DNA of 64,000 bases, from positions 19,470,001 through 19,534,000 of the forward strand of contig NC_045697.1 of the NCBI RefSeq assembly GCF_009834535.1. The letters are read 5' to 3'. This stretch comes from Camelus ferus. Its lineage: Eukaryota. The notes under the pieces were generated by a model that saw nothing but the letters and a program-made list of their open reading frames with translations, did not search any database and was not told the DNA's origin. The translations under genes and the position numbers were made by a program. This document shows positions 1 through 12,919 of this stretch, one piece after another; positions within the stretch are counted from its first letter, which is position 1; each line of letters starts with the position of its first letter.

Positions 1-225
1 TAACACTTGACATTCAGTATACATGTGGGTCAGAGAGCCTCTGTGTCTCTCCTCCTAGTGGCTTGGGGTTTATCAGGCAGCAAGAGGACCTGAGGGTGGG
101 TTGATGGAGGGATGACAGACTGTGCGAAGGCAGCTGTGGCTTTTCAGAGACCCAAGGGATGCAAATAAAATTAATAATAACCCCTTGCTTAGAATGCTTG
201 GGCATAAAAAAGTGGATAAAACCAG

Positions 226-470
226 CAATAATAGTAACAACAACAACAACAGTAATAATAACTAATGCATATTTATGAAGCATGTAGAATATCTCAGGCT
301 TGGAGCTTATCATTTTTACATGCATTTTCTCCTTGGAGCCCCATCTCACAGCCTCCCTGTGAGTTAAGCACCATGATCATCCTGATTTTACTGGTAAGAA
401 AGCTGGGTCTGAGGGAGACTTTCCCAAGCTTGCCCAGCCTGTAAGAGGAAGTCGTGTTTCAGAGGAGTGG
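226..470 (-). mobile_element. MIR SINE, degenerate, with (AAC/AAT)n tail
   Basis: Antisense MIR core (gattttactggtaagaaagctggg...ttcccaagcttgcccagc) preceded by a simple-repeat tail; boundaries approximate. Confidence 0.55.
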
Positions 471-885
471 CAGAAGCTGACTAGTCATTCATCAAACCTG
501 TTTTTGCTTCTTCTTGGGCGCACAGCTAGGCTGTATTTCCCAGCTCCCCATGCAGGTAGGTGCGGCCATGGGCTGAGTTCCAGCCAATGGGATGAGAAGG
601 GAGTGATGCACAGAAACCCTGCCAGACCTGTACAGCCTCCCATAACCTCTTGTTCAGGCTCCTTGCCTGTGTTCCTCCTAGACTGAGAGGACTCTAATCT
701 CCAGGGGACAGTAGAGACACCAGACTGAAGGAGCCTGGGACCCTGAATGACCACATGGAGGAGAGCCGCCTGCCCACGAGGAACGCTTACTTTCTAAATT
801 CAACTCCATCTAAGTGAGAAATAGATTTCTATTATGTCCTACTATTGAAACATTGACACCTATTTGTTATAGTAGCTTTTTAGCG
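466..885 (+). mobile_element. MaLR solo LTR, MLT1I/J-like
   Basis: Typical blocks tatttcccagctcccc..gcagg, gagttccagccaatggga and gaaggagcctgggaccctgaatgaccacatggag; 3' end gagaaatagatttctatt...tttgttatagtagc. Confidence 0.7.
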
Positions 886-1124
886 TTTATCCTTAGTCCC
901 CAGTTAATATATCCCTAGAAAGGATAGCCTATTAAACAGTACATTGCTCTCGACTTCGATGTATTATCATAGAAAGAAGTTCACTTATGAGGAAAAAATG
1001 AAATCAACAGGTACTCCATATTTAAAATGCTTGGTGACTGAGAAGCCCAGGATGTCTTAGTCTGTTGAAGTTCAACAACGTATTTTACTATAACATACCT
1101 CAGTCTTTTGTTTTACTTTTATTC

Positions 1125-1895
1125 CATCCTTCTTCTCTCTTGCCTTCCTTCCCTTCCTTTCTGTTAAGTGCTTACTGTGTTCCATACATCATGCTATGTG
1201 GAGACAGAGAAAAGAAGAAAAGAAATGAACCCAGTCCTTGCCCGTAAGGAGTTCAGAGCCGAAGGGTGGGTCAAGATAAATAAATGAATAATTATGCTAC
1301 ACGTGGTGATGACAGAATACCCGCACTATGGGAGCAGAGAGGAGGGGTACTGACCTGACCAGCGAGGGGCAAAGAAGACTTAGAGAGGGTGGGGACCGAG
1401 GGGGAATTTTCTGGGATGTGTAAACCCTAGAAATTTTCAGGCAAATCTGGATGAGTTAGTCACTGGAAGTGGAGGTAATGCCATCAGCTATTCTAAAGGA
1501 TGAACATCCAGACCAAGGGGCAGCATGAGTGCTGGAGGGCGAAGTGCCAGACTGCGCTGTGGAAGATGAGGCTGGGGAGTTAGGCAGGAGAAAGGATGTG
1601 AAGGACTTTGGAAACCACAGGAAGGGGCATAGACATGTTTTAAACAGATGAGTGGCAGATGGCTGAGACTGAAGGCAACAAGGTAAGGAAAGAAGCCATT
1701 GCAGAGGTCCAACCCAAGGCAGGCAGAGAGGAGAGGTCATTTCCAGAATACTTAGAAGACAAAGTCTTTAGTACTTGGTTGTTGATGAAACAAAAGGGTT
1801 GAGAGAGAGAGACAGAGGGAGACAGAGGGCAGATCCAGGATGACTCGCAGGTTTTTAGAACAGTCATTTCCCAGTGACGAGAAATATGGCAGAGA
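1125..1895 (-). mobile_element. L2 LINE 3' fragment
   Basis: ttaagtgcttactgtgttcca...cagtccttgcccgtaaggagttcag... resembles the antisense L2 3' end; boundaries approximate. Confidence 0.65.
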
Positions 1896-2059
1896 GCCTT
1901 CCTTTCTCCAAGTCTGTGTGTTGTGCTACCTGCCTCATCTGTACCCTCGTGGTCACCTGGGGAGAGCGGCTCTTAATTTGCGGTCTCAGCAGGGTGCCTG
2001 TCTGCACACCTCCTGGCATCGTAGTGCTAGTGTTCAGTGACCACTGAGGTCGCTCGGTG

Positions 2060-2595
2060 TGTAAGCCGCTCTCAGCAGGAAACCCCCTTTGCCTGTCTCT
2101 TTAACAAAGCTACCTTGTAACTAACAACCAGGCACCCGCATGCTATGCTGCTCTGACCCAAGCACACTTCTCAAATCTTGATCACACGATACCTTGCCTA
2201 ATGTGTTGGTTCTCTCTGTAGATCAAAGACATGAGAATGAAGAATAAGTAATTAACAGATGACCAGATCTCTTTCCTAGCTTCCCCTTAGTAATCTCTCA
2301 AATAAACTGTGAGCAAGACAGCATCTGAAGAAAAGGTCACAAGCTGCATGCAGTGGAGGATGGCAATGGCTCTGCTCCCCTATCTCAGTGATTAACTGAA
2401 ATTACTTCCCCTTTTCTCTTTAAAACTTCCATGGCTGAGTGGAATCTTGGGAGACAGTTATTGGGGGACACTGAGTCTACCATCTCCCCAGATTGCTGGC
2501 ATTCTGATTAAAAGCAACTTGCCTTTCTACCAACATTTTCCTTTCTCCAGTATCAACTTTTGAGCAGCAAACAGCCAGACCTGAGTTTGGTAACA
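2060..2595 (+). mobile_element. ERV1-class solo LTR (MER34/MER39-like 3' end)
   Basis: TGTAAG...GGTAACA termini, 536 bp; ATTAAA at 2507; ending cttttgagcagcaaacagccagacctgagtttggtaaca; no clear TSD. Confidence 0.7.
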
Positions 2596-3084
2596 AACGA
2601 AGAGGCTCAAGCGCCACCTTAGAAAGGCAGACCAGTGCTGAGCAAATGAAGGGCCTATGTAAAGGAGGAATTGCTGTTCAGAGCAGAAATTCAGCAAAAG
2701 CTTGGCTTTAAGAAAAAGAAATTATCTTGGCTTTTGCTTTATCCTCTCAAAGCCTTCAAATGAAAAAGGACACCCCAAGGACCTCTCCTCTCCAGATTCC
2801 ATTACACCCTCAGTCAACCATCATAGTACCATTTGCACCCATCACTCAGAAAGAGCTGTGTTTCCAGCACTCTGAGTGTCTGTACCCGGGGGTGCTGATT
2901 CCATTGTCTTCTGCTGGGGCTGGTGGAGCACTTGCACTGTCCCCGGTTTTGGACTTCGCATTTTACACATGTGACCTTCTTTGAAGTTCATCTCACAGCC
3001 TCCTGGTGAGGCTTGTGCTATTCACAGGCAATTAGAATCAGAAACATTAATGTAACACTGAAAGCAGTGAAAGATTTTTCTTTA

Positions 3085-3200
3085 TCTGGCTACGAGCTCC
3101 TTGAGGTCAAGGGCTGTATTTATTATTCACTTTCACATCCGGTGTAGTGCCTGGCCACTGTTAGATGCCTCAGGAATGTTTGCAGGATCAGTGGATGGAT
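3085..3200 (+). mobile_element. L2 3' terminal fragment
   Basis: gagctccttgaggtcaagggctgt...tagtgcctggc...tcaggaatgtttgc. Confidence 0.6.
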
Positions 3201-5201
3201 TGGTCCCTCCAGGGAAAATAAAATAAATGACAGGAGGAGAATGCAGCCTTGATAGCTCATTGTCTAAAATCATCTTAAGCACTTTGGGGGTGGGGAAACC
3301 AAAGGGCTCTCTTCCCAAGTTTCTCTATTTTTAAATATTTGGCCAAGGAACTATTGTAATCTATCACATTCTCTGTTTAGATCAAATAGTGTATTTCTAT
3401 AGAAAAGTGTTGTTGTATGGTCTAGCTCAGTACAGAAAAGACAAAAAAAAAAAAAAATCCAGTGTAAAGAAAAGTGAATAGAGATCGCTGGAAGTTATGT
3501 GTCTCATTAGATGACCAAAGGAGACCTAGAGCTTGTCTGTTATTTGCTTCCTACGGCAGTGGCTGGAGCTCTGTCCTGATTCACTGTTCCATATTCCATA
3601 GACCTAGCTGAATCTGGGACCTAAATGTCATCTTGCTGAAGAACTTCAGTCAATCAATTATTTATTTAATACAAATTTATCGAGTGTTTATCGTATTTAT
3701 TAAAGTACATTAAGAGGGAATCAGAGAAACAAATATTTGTAAGTACTGCCTTGGTGAAAACACATTCTAGTTTGGATTTTCAAGAATTCTATGCATTTAT
3801 TTTAATAGCTATCACTCTCAATTTGGCTCTTATTTTGAAATAAACTCTAGTGGACAATTCACATATTTTATGGCTGTTTATTTTGCTATACCACTAAATT
3901 ATATAATCATCTTGATTAAAGGTACTTTTAAGCATGCCAAATGCTGATGAGGAGATTGAGATATGGAGAAGATTGCTGATTTATCAAAAAATATGTGCTG
4001 GAGCAGAGGCTAGAACCTCTTTTGTTCAAATGTAAATTTTTCTCAAAGTTCAAGCATGGTACATCATGACTAGTGCTGAAAGTAATGGGCAGTCTTCTGG
4101 AGCCTGGCAAAATGTCTGTAATTAAGAAGTTTATATTACCATTATGTCTGCTGTATTACTATTAGTTTCTTGCACAGTGTTAGAAGTAAAGACAAAAAGA
4201 TCTATTTTTATCAACTTCAACTTATTTCTGACTTAAAAAGGAGCACCCATTTTAGTTTTCGTAGCCATTTTGAGGATATGCCCTGCTTTGAAATACAAAA
4301 ACATAACAATAATTTTTAAAAACCTACAAAATCAGAGTTGGAAAAAAAAAACCCTCAAAACAAAAAACCAACCTGAAAGCAAATCATTATGACTTTTGCC
4401 AGTTGTAAATTCTTCTCCTGGGTATGTGTAATTTCAGTGAGAGTAATCTCATTTCTATAAACTAAATGCAAATATAATATTGGTTCTAGTTTTAAAGAAG
4501 CAAATTAATCAGTAAGGCAAGTTTCAAGTCAAAAATTTCACTAAATGTTGTTGGTTGCAAAAGTATAAATTATTAATCGAAGCTGAATTTAGAATGACTA
4601 AAAAAATAATGAAATCAGGAGAAAATCCACAAAAGAAAATGCTGCAAGTGAATTAGTTGATACAGTTGTTGGTTTAAGATGGAAATTTTCAGCCCTTGAG
4701 ATGAAAATATCCTCTTTGCACCAGAAAGTGGTAACAGAGTCATAACCTAGTTGCCAGCAGTTACAGGGATAGTACCATTCTCCACATGCTAATTATCTCA
4801 AACCTGGTTTCTCCCTCTCCAAAGGAGTAGCAGTTCACGAGTAAGTGGAAACGTGGTTAGTGCAAAGATCAGTTGCTGTTCGTGCTTTTGAAAAACGTTC
4901 TTTAGGGCTCGGTGATTTGCACAAAGGATGCCGTTCAAGGCTTAACATGGACCAAGAGAACATAAGACTGAGAACAGCTTGTGAGAGGAACTGGAAACCT
5001 CAAACTTTCACAGCAGAAAGGGAGAAGATGGCTTAGATAGCAGAGGGGATCTGACTGTAAGTTCTACTGTAGCATCAGCAAGACATTCTGGAGCTTTTGA
5101 ATTTCCAGGGGTCATGGTCTACCATAATCATAGGGTCATGATACCATGTAATATTCCTTTATGGTTCTGTGCTTAAAATCTTCCCTATTCTACATCATTA
5201 T

Positions 5202-5204
<3 letters not shown>

Positions 5205-5238
<34 letters not shown>
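5205..5238. repeat. (TA)17 microsatellite
   Basis: Directly visible. Confidence 0.95.
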
Positions 5239-5242
<4 letters not shown>

Positions 5243-5254
5243 ACCATCCCCTCC

Positions 5255-5590
5255 CTCTCCAGCTTAACAGCCTCCTGAGATCTCAACCTCTCATTTTGTC
5301 TTCCCATACCTCCATCCTCATAGCCACCAGGGTGATCTTTTTAAAAATGTAGACTTGAGCATATTACATCCCTACACAACATGCTCAGCATCAGACTCCC
5401 TGGCATGGTACAGGAAGGTCTTCATAAAATGCTCCTTACTTTACTGATCTCATCTTTGACCATCTCCTTCCTCTCAGACATGGTCTGGCCATTCCAACCA
5501 CCTCTGAGTACATCATAACACTAGTCCTTACATGTCATTCTCTTCTTCACCTAGAATATTGCCCTCTTCTGGGAAGCTTCCCAAGCACCG
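5255..5590 (+). mobile_element. L2 fragment
   Basis: ccaccagggtgatctttttaaaaatgtagacttgagcat...tcttctgggaagcttccc. Confidence 0.55.
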
Positions 5591-5839
5591 ATGAGCTCTT
5601 CTTTTCACAGGGCTCATGCCTTGTCACACTGAACCCCTCCAGGGTGGGGATGGCCTCTTGACCGGGAGTCCAAGAACTGCATTGTGCTGACAAGCAATCC
5701 AAAGGGACAAATTAGAAAAGTCACACCTCATGGGAGCCAGAGCTTTAACTGTTTCACTAATGATGCAGAAAAATCCACTCTCCCCCGGACCTAGCAAGTG
5801 CCAAGTAAGGCCTTTTATTACCATCATCGTTATAATTAT

Positions 5840-6065
5840 AATGATGATAGCCATCATCACCACTTGCCTGTCATGGCCCCGGCACTGTGCTAAGTGTTTT
5901 TACATGGACCATCTCCTTTCATCTTCACAATACCCTCATTGTCTCATTATACGCACCCCCTACTTTGTACGTGATGGAAGTGGGGCTTAGAGGTCACATA
6001 TGACCTGCCCAAGGTTACATGGCTAGTGGGTAGGAAGCCAGAGCTGACCCTCAATTGTCCAACTG
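5840..6065 (-). mobile_element. MIR SINE
   Basis: ggcactgtgctaagtgtttttacatg...catcttcacaataccc...tgacctgcccaaggttacatggctagt. Confidence 0.7.
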
Positions 6066-7214
6066 TCTTATTAATATAACACAATATTTCAGCTTTTAAT
6101 TTTGATCCATTCATAGGATGAAAGGGCAGCTTGAGTTCCTTATAAAGGTTAATATCTGCCTTCCCTCTTTAAATATATGGATGATGTCTCCTTCAAACTT
6201 GTATCTTCAGCACCTCTCATTGTCCCTAACATAAATGAGCAAATGCTTAATTGAATTATGAGTGAATGCTGGCCAACGTGGACATTCTGATGTTTCAGAG
6301 TAAGTAGATTACGGATGCATAGCACAGTTCTCCTAACATAAAAAGTGCTCTATCTTAGCCAACGAAACCTGAACAGAATGATGTAGAGCCCAGAGGGCTT
6401 GCTTAGTTATTTATTTGATCCTAATTTGATTTTTGGCTTTAATTTTGAGATTTGTCAAAAGAATCAACATCCAAACAAAACTGATGTTCACAGGTATCCT
6501 CGGTATTCATCAAGAACTTTCAAGAAATGATTTTTTTTTTCTTATATGGCCTAAGACTTTAAGTTTACTTTTAGACTTAAAACTGCACTGAAGCTTGCTG
6601 GAGAGATTCAATCAAGAAAATGTCACACCATGGTTCCATCTACTGAATTATTTGCTAACACTGAGGCCCAGTTAACACTGTTGAGGTGATGCTGGCGGGC
6701 GGGGGAGGGGTGTGTGTGGAAAGTCTCACCAAGATCCTAGAGATTTTTAGTGGCAGTAGGACTCCTTCAAGGAGAGTGGCTTTGAGTGCTCTGTCCTTTA
6801 ATATAAAATATCACTCAGCAAGCTGCACTCTCTGATAATTTTTATAGCAAAACATAACATGTTTTCCCAGCAAGGTCAGAAATGTCAATAAAAAGGTACA
6901 AATGGACTTGCCTGTGATTCTCAAATTTGAAAACAGTCTGATCTCTTTAGTGCATTGGCACTGAGGCTTGAAAAGCATGTCTATTTTCAAAGGGACTCTT
7001 GAGGCGGCCCTAGACTTTTAACCAGGGCATCCGTGTGTGTGGCCATCGTGTCCTTTGGGGGATAATGCAGTACGTTGACCCTGGGTCAAAGGATATCGAC
7101 ACACAGGAAAGAATGTGTTACCTGGCTGACCCTGGTTCTGCCTTTGGTTTGGGTTTGACAGTGGTTAATAGAGGTTTGGGGTGAAAAAAGAAACTTCACA
7201 TGTAACTAATGGAC

Positions 7215-7809
7215 TGCATTCGTTTTCTACTGATGCATAAAGTATGACCACAAATGTAGTGGCTTATTTATTATCACATGGCTCTGTAGGTTATAACTTG
7301 GGGTGGGCTTGGCTGTGTTCTTAGAGTCTTTCAGGATGAAATCAAGATGTGGGTCAAGCTGTGCTCCCATCTGTAGAATGTGGGGAAGAATCTACTTCTA
7401 TGCTCACTTGGGTTGTTGGAAGAATTGGGTTCTTTGAAGTGCAGGTTCCTTGGGATGTAAGAACAGTGTTTTGCTGGCTGTCAGCTGGGGGTCACCCTCA
7501 GCTCCAGGGAGGCTGTTCTTAGGTCCTTCTGTGTGGCCCCCTCCATCTTCAAAGACATCAACTGCATATTGAATCCTTCTCACATTTGGAATCTCTGACT
7601 TTCTCTTTGATCAGCAGAAAAAATATTCTGTTTTTAAAGGGCTTATGTGATTAGATTAGGCCTACCCAGATATCTTTGTATCTTCAAGTCAGCTGATTTG
7701 GGATTTTAATTACATTTGCAAACTTTATTGCAGTACTTATAAAGGATTATAGATTAGTGTTTAAGTGAATAGAAACCTTAAAGGCCGTTTTGGGATTCTG
7801 CCTACCACA
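7215..7809 (-). mobile_element. MaLR solo LTR, MLT1E/F-like
   Basis: Antisense termini tgcattcgttttct...ttctgcctaccaca; internal ctggctgtcagctggggg and ccccctccatcttcaaag; GGAC flanks both sides (7211-7214, 7810-7813). Confidence 0.8.
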
Positions 7810-7984
7810 GGACCAATGTCAATGATTTGCTTTGCATACACTACTTAATTTAAACATTTCAACAATATATAAGGACACACGTTAATTGTTTAATTCATTC
7901 TCTCAGTAAATGATACAGCTGATATTCCATCCCAGTCTATTCTGAGTCTAAAATCAGTGCTCTGTCATGGTAATCAGGATAATG

Positions 7985-8150
7985 GCATTAATAAGACTAG
8001 CATTCTCTATGCCCCAGGACCTGCCACTTTTCATGTACTAACTCATTTAATCTTCACAACAACCCTGTAAGTACGTACTCTTATTGCTCTCATTTTGTTG
8101 GGGAAGAAGCCATGGAGGAGCCAACCAGCCCTCAGGACTCTCATTAGTGT
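7985..8150 (-). mobile_element. MIR SINE
   Basis: taactcatttaatcttcacaacaaccctgtaagta...ctcattttg. Confidence 0.65.
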
Positions 8151-8338
8151 AATTAAACCACCCTGGTTAATCTCAACCTCTATGTATCAGCACAGCGTGT
8201 GGGAATTCAAAGAGAACTCAACCATCACAGCAACATCAACTCTAGGTGCTCACGGATTTCCTAGCTTGCTCACTTCTCTCTCAGGCATGTTTTCCTCACC
8301 TGTACAATAGGATGGGACACCGTCTAAGACTTTTATGG

Positions 8339-8862
8339 TGTTAAAGCAAAAGTTGTTTAACAGACAAGAAGGACCCTACTGGAGACTATTCCAATAGGGA
8401 AGAGAGGTCAGAATACATTATAAACTTAATTCTGCTGAAACAAAGGTCTAGAGGGCTTTTAAGAGCTGGAATGGGGGCATCCCAGGCCATCTGTGTTTGC
8501 TAATTGGCTTCGCTTAAAGGAAAAAGTAAACTTTGTCATTATCTTCATGACAGCAGGTAGTTTTACAGCTTAGAGCAAGGTGCCTGCCAAAGCGAGGCTC
8601 CTACCCTCCTAGAGAAACTGGCAGAGGGGTTTCCTCTTCCTCGGTATTGCATTGCCAATGGGTGGCTCCCAGATCCTTGAGAAAGACATTCTTGGGCTGT
8701 AAAACTGGCAAGAAGCTTTTAAAAAAGATTTTCATTTCAAAGAAGCAAAGAATTTACAGGTTTTTCTAAAGTAAATAAGAAAAGGGAGGTTGGGGTTTCA
8801 AGTCAGGAAGAAATCTGTCTGAAGTTTGTCAGGTGAGGGTAATGGTAAGACCATCTCGGTCA
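8339..8862 (-). mobile_element. ERV1-class solo LTR (MER31/MER67 group) inserted into a MIR
   Basis: TGTTAAAG...GGTCA termini; ggccatctgtgtttgctaattgg and ttgagaaagacattcttgggctgtaaaactggcaaga blocks; MIR halves at about 8255-8338 and 8863-8925. Confidence 0.7.
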
Positions 8863-9099
8863 ACTGTGAAGACTAAATAGATAATGTGTACTATCATGCT
8901 TTCTAATCTGAAAAGTACTGCGCACGTGTCACTTCCTCCAGGAAGCTCTCCTTGACCTTGTATATCTAGGTTCTGGGCTCTTCCTATGCAGTCCCAGAGC
9001 TCCTGATCTCTCCGATGTAATATTATGTCAAGCTGCTAATAGCCTATCAACAGTGCTGTAAACAGGTATATAAATAAATAACATATGTATGTACTACAA

Positions 9100-9400
9100 A
9101 TAGAAGTTTGTATAAATAGATCATGGCACCTGTATGTGCACGAACACTACAGCCATTGAAGATTACATTGAAGAAGAAATGCAATAACTTGGAAAAATGT
9201 TCACAGTAGATTGTTATGTTAAATAAAGGCAAATTACAAAACACTATGAAAAATATGATCCCAATTAAGTAACGCAACAGCAACAAAAAACACCAAAATG
9301 ACAGAATTTATCGGTGGGTAGTGGGTATTTTGTTTTCTTCTTTGTACTTTACCATGTTTTTGGATTTTCCACAATGAAAATATATTACTTCTGTCCCCAG
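9100..9400 (+). mobile_element. Ancient L1 (L1ME-type) 3' UTR fragment
   Basis: tacagccattgaa...ttggaaaaatgttcaca...ttacaaaacactatg...ttttccacaatgaaaatatattact. Confidence 0.6.
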
Positions 9401-9819
9401 AATAAAAAACACAATTTTACACAAAGAAATATGGGCCAAAAAAAGGTACAAAGGCAACTTTTATGACTCATCAGCTCTAATCTAATGGAGGCAGACACAG
9501 CACTTAATAATGTTTCCTGAGTAATTTCTTGTCTTTTCTTTAAAACCATCCTTCTGGTGGTCCACGTCTGGACAGAGACCAAAGTGATGAAAAGACTCCA
9601 TTCTTCCTGATGCATTGTTGTGTGCACAGGCTGGCAGTCCTGGAGGAAAGAGGGTTTGTGGGAAGTATGTATAAGAAGATTGTGATTCACTTCTCTTGCT
9701 TGGGTTATATCTACATTCTCATCTTTGACTTAATGTGCTTAATTGATTGATTAATTGATGGAAATGTTTATTTCCACCAGTTGCCCCTGTGTGTCTGGCC
9801 AAGAAGAGTTGTCTACAAA

Positions 9820-9960
9820 TGGCATGAGAGACATTGGTAGGTAATGAGTTTGCCATTACAGGAGGTATTCAAGCAAAGTCGGAATGGCCACTTGTCAGGA
9901 ATGTGATGAAGAGACTTCCAGCCTCATATAAATCAGCTAGCTACCTTTGTGAGACCTGAG
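9820..9960 (+). mobile_element. L3/CR1 3' fragment
   Basis: gtaatgagtttgccattacaggaggtattcaagcaaag...ggccacttgtcaggaatgt resembles the L3 3' end. Confidence 0.6.
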
Positions 9961-11259
9961 AACCTCCCTTAAACTAGTTCAAAGGGAAGGGGGTTAACTG
10001 GCAGATTCCCTCTCCTGTAATCCCGACAAAATAGGAAGCACAATGAGGCTTCTAAGAACTGAGATGGGGGAACTGCATCTTGCATGACCTTTGCTAACCT
10101 AAACTCTAAGCCACAAAATCTTGCCTCCAGCAACCTATCAGAGACAGTGTCTCTAGGTAAAAAAGAGAGAGAGACAGAAAGTGAGAAAGACAGAGAGAAA
10201 CAGAGAACTTCTGATTCCATTGTGCACCTGTGGTCGGGGGAGAAAACACAATCACAACTTAAGTGAAAAAATATATCAATTGGTAAATATGCTCAAAGCT
10301 TCCCCCGCAAAAGTACCTGCATAGGAGGGCAAATCTCCCCACAGGTTTCTGTTGACCAGAATCTACTTCATCACCTCTCCTTTCTCCCATCAGATTGTTT
10401 ACTGCTGCAGTGATAACTCGAGAATTCCGTCCAGGGTCCCTGCATAGCTGATTGGAAAAGCATTTTGAAGTTGGCTGTCTGAATTGTTACTTGAAATATA
10501 CTGTCTAGAATCCAAAAGTCTTATCTAAATATCTCAGCCCCATTATTCAGATTATAGGCATAAACTCGTATTTTTATGTTAATCTGAAGTCATTTCCTAT
10601 ATTCATTCAGTGGGCAGAGCAAGCTAATCAGGGAATCAAAAACATATTTGAATGAAAATAGAGAGGCCATTAACAAATACAGAAAACACGGGAAGTAGAA
10701 CCCCTCTCTGTGTAACAAAGGAGAGGCCCCAGGTTACAGCTGCCGGTTTGCTCTGTAACCTTTAACGATATCCAGCCTCCTTCATTGGTTGCCTCTGCCT
10801 GGAGCTGCGAGCATTTCCTTAATAATTTATGCCACGTTTTTCATTTCCATTCACTTCATCACTTAATCAGCAGAGTTGTAAGTCCTCTTGCCCTAATACA
10901 TCTTCATTTTCGACCCCATTACCTGTCTGGGCTCCAAAGCCTTGCCTGTTCTTGGCATGGCGTTTCTGTTTCCTAGGTGCTCTCCTGGGTCTCCGGCAAT
11001 CTGCTCCCTGCTAATCAGTGCAGATGTGAGGAGGAGGAGGAGCAGAGCACACGTCGGGGAGGCAGATTCTCCTGGTAAGTAAGGGGCCTTGGGGGACCAA
11101 GCCACTCTGGGGAAGCTGCTTTCACGCCGTCAGGCACAGTGAAAGAGCAATTTATGGAATCCAATTCCACTACATTCTCTTACCCTTCAAAAGGATTATT
11201 TCCAAAGACTGTGCTGGTGTTGGCTGACCCTCCTCAGGTCTACACCTACACAAGCTCAG

Positions 11260-11420
11260 AATTATAATGATAAATACACCTTACTGACCTTGACATGTGC
11301 CATGAGCCTTGCACCTATTAACCCTTTTATTCATCACAAGAAATCTCTGAGGTATGTGTTATTATCCTGGCTTCACAGAGGAAGAACCTAAGCCTCCAAG
11401 AACATTAAACAATCAGCCGA
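11260..11420 (-). mobile_element. MIR SINE fragment
   Basis: attcatcacaagaaatctctgaggta...ttattatcctggcttcacagaggaagaacctaagcc. Confidence 0.6.
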
Positions 11421-11421
11421 G

Positions 11422-12360
11422 TGTCTTAGCCCATTTGGGCTGCTGTAACCCAGTACCATAGACTGGGTGGCTCATAAACGATGTAAACAACAGAAATGTG
11501 TTTCTCACAGCTCTTAAGGTTGGGAAGTCTCAGATCAAGGTGCCAGCGTCCTCCTTGTCTGGTGAGGGCCTGCTTCTCCATGCGCAGGTGGTTGGAGCAG
11601 GCAGAGAGCTAGATATGGGCAGAGAAGGAGGGGCACGAGCCAAATGGCAGGAAACCACACATCTTGTGAACAAGGGGAGCCCTTGTGCAGACAGAAAAGT
11701 AAGAGCCTCTCGACTGATAAGAAGTCACACACATTGAAGTGATGAATGTCCCGGAGGCAGGCAAAGAGAGGCGGGAAAAGGCAGGCATCTCCAGTGTCTG
11801 AATGAAACCTTTTGTTCATTATGCCTTCATCACAATAAAATTAGCCTTGCAGATTGGAAGTACCCATCATGCACCAAGGCCATGACACTTCCAATCAAGA
11901 TTAACTAAGGACAAAAATCCCTTCTCCCCTCAGGAAGGTCGAGCTGGGATAGAAATGAGGGAATGCCACCCCAAACCCCTCCCTGCCCTAGGAATATGCC
12001 GCCCATTCAGTTTTGCCCCCATATAAGTTACCAGCTTGCCAAAGAAACTCAGCCCAGCTACTCACCTGAGTCTGTCTGCTCTTCCCTTGGGAGTATGCTA
12101 TCACCTAACAGTAAATCCTCACTTTACTTTCTTGATCTCTGTGTCTTGTCTTTGCATTCTTTCTATGATGAGACAAGAACCTACTCTCCAGCAACAGTAA
12201 GAGAGACCAAGGAGTTCTCTTTTACAAGGGCACAAATCCCATTCATTAAGGCTCCACCCTTGGAAGTGAATCCCCTCCCAAACTCCACCTCCACACACCA
12301 TCCCATGGGGAATTAGATTTCAACATATAAATTTTGGGAGGACACAAGCATTCAGCCTGA
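11422..12360 (-). mobile_element. MLT1A-type MaLR LTR, split by a younger LTR
   Basis: tgtcttagcccatttgggctgctgtaac...gatcaaggtgccagc (11422-11590) resumes as tcttttacaagggcacaaatcccattcat...atttcaacatataaattttgggagg (12197-12360). Confidence 0.8.
11590..12196 (+). mobile_element. ERV solo LTR (about 600 bp), family unassigned
   Basis: Interrupts MLT1A; ends ...ccagcAACA; TATA-like ATATAA at 12021, AGTAAA at 12110, pyrimidine-rich U5-like tract. Confidence 0.7.
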
Positions 12361-12919
12361 TGTGATGAAGACAAACTGGCGTGGGGGATGTGCTCCTTTT
12401 GGTGGGAAAGGCTCACTGAGGAGGTGATAATTAGTGAGAACTGAGTGGTTCAGTAGCGTCTCCAATGGGGGCAGACCCAGCAGGAGCTGGAGCAGCTCAT
12501 TTCTACGTGAATATTGCTCTGTTGTTAATCCCCTCTTGACTCTTCAAATTCAATGACAACACCATGAAATCTGTAATGTGACCTTGATATGGACAGGCTG
12601 TGACACGGGTGTCACTTTTCTCATCCATGGGAGGTCTTCTTCCAGCTAGGATCAGGGCAGCCCATAGGAGGTAAAAAGAAGGAGGTAGGAAGGCCTGGGT
12701 CTGGGAGCCAGAAAAAGGCACAATTAACTTCTTGAGAAATCTTAAGAAAATTGTTTCAGTGTTAGGGATCTCAGCTTTCTCACCTGTTAATTTATAAAAC
12801 GGGGTAGAAGGGGAGTGGGCATTGGAAGGAAAGCCTGCTACTTCATTTCCATAGTACATCCGTGAGTCCTCACCTTTGATTTATCCATTAAAGATATTCC
12901 ATAGCTATTTACCTTCGCA

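Noticed and set aside
3520..3770. Possible tail-to-tail L2 ends, the arrangement that produced miR-28/151
   Set aside because: Both fragments are too degenerate; I see no extended complementary stem
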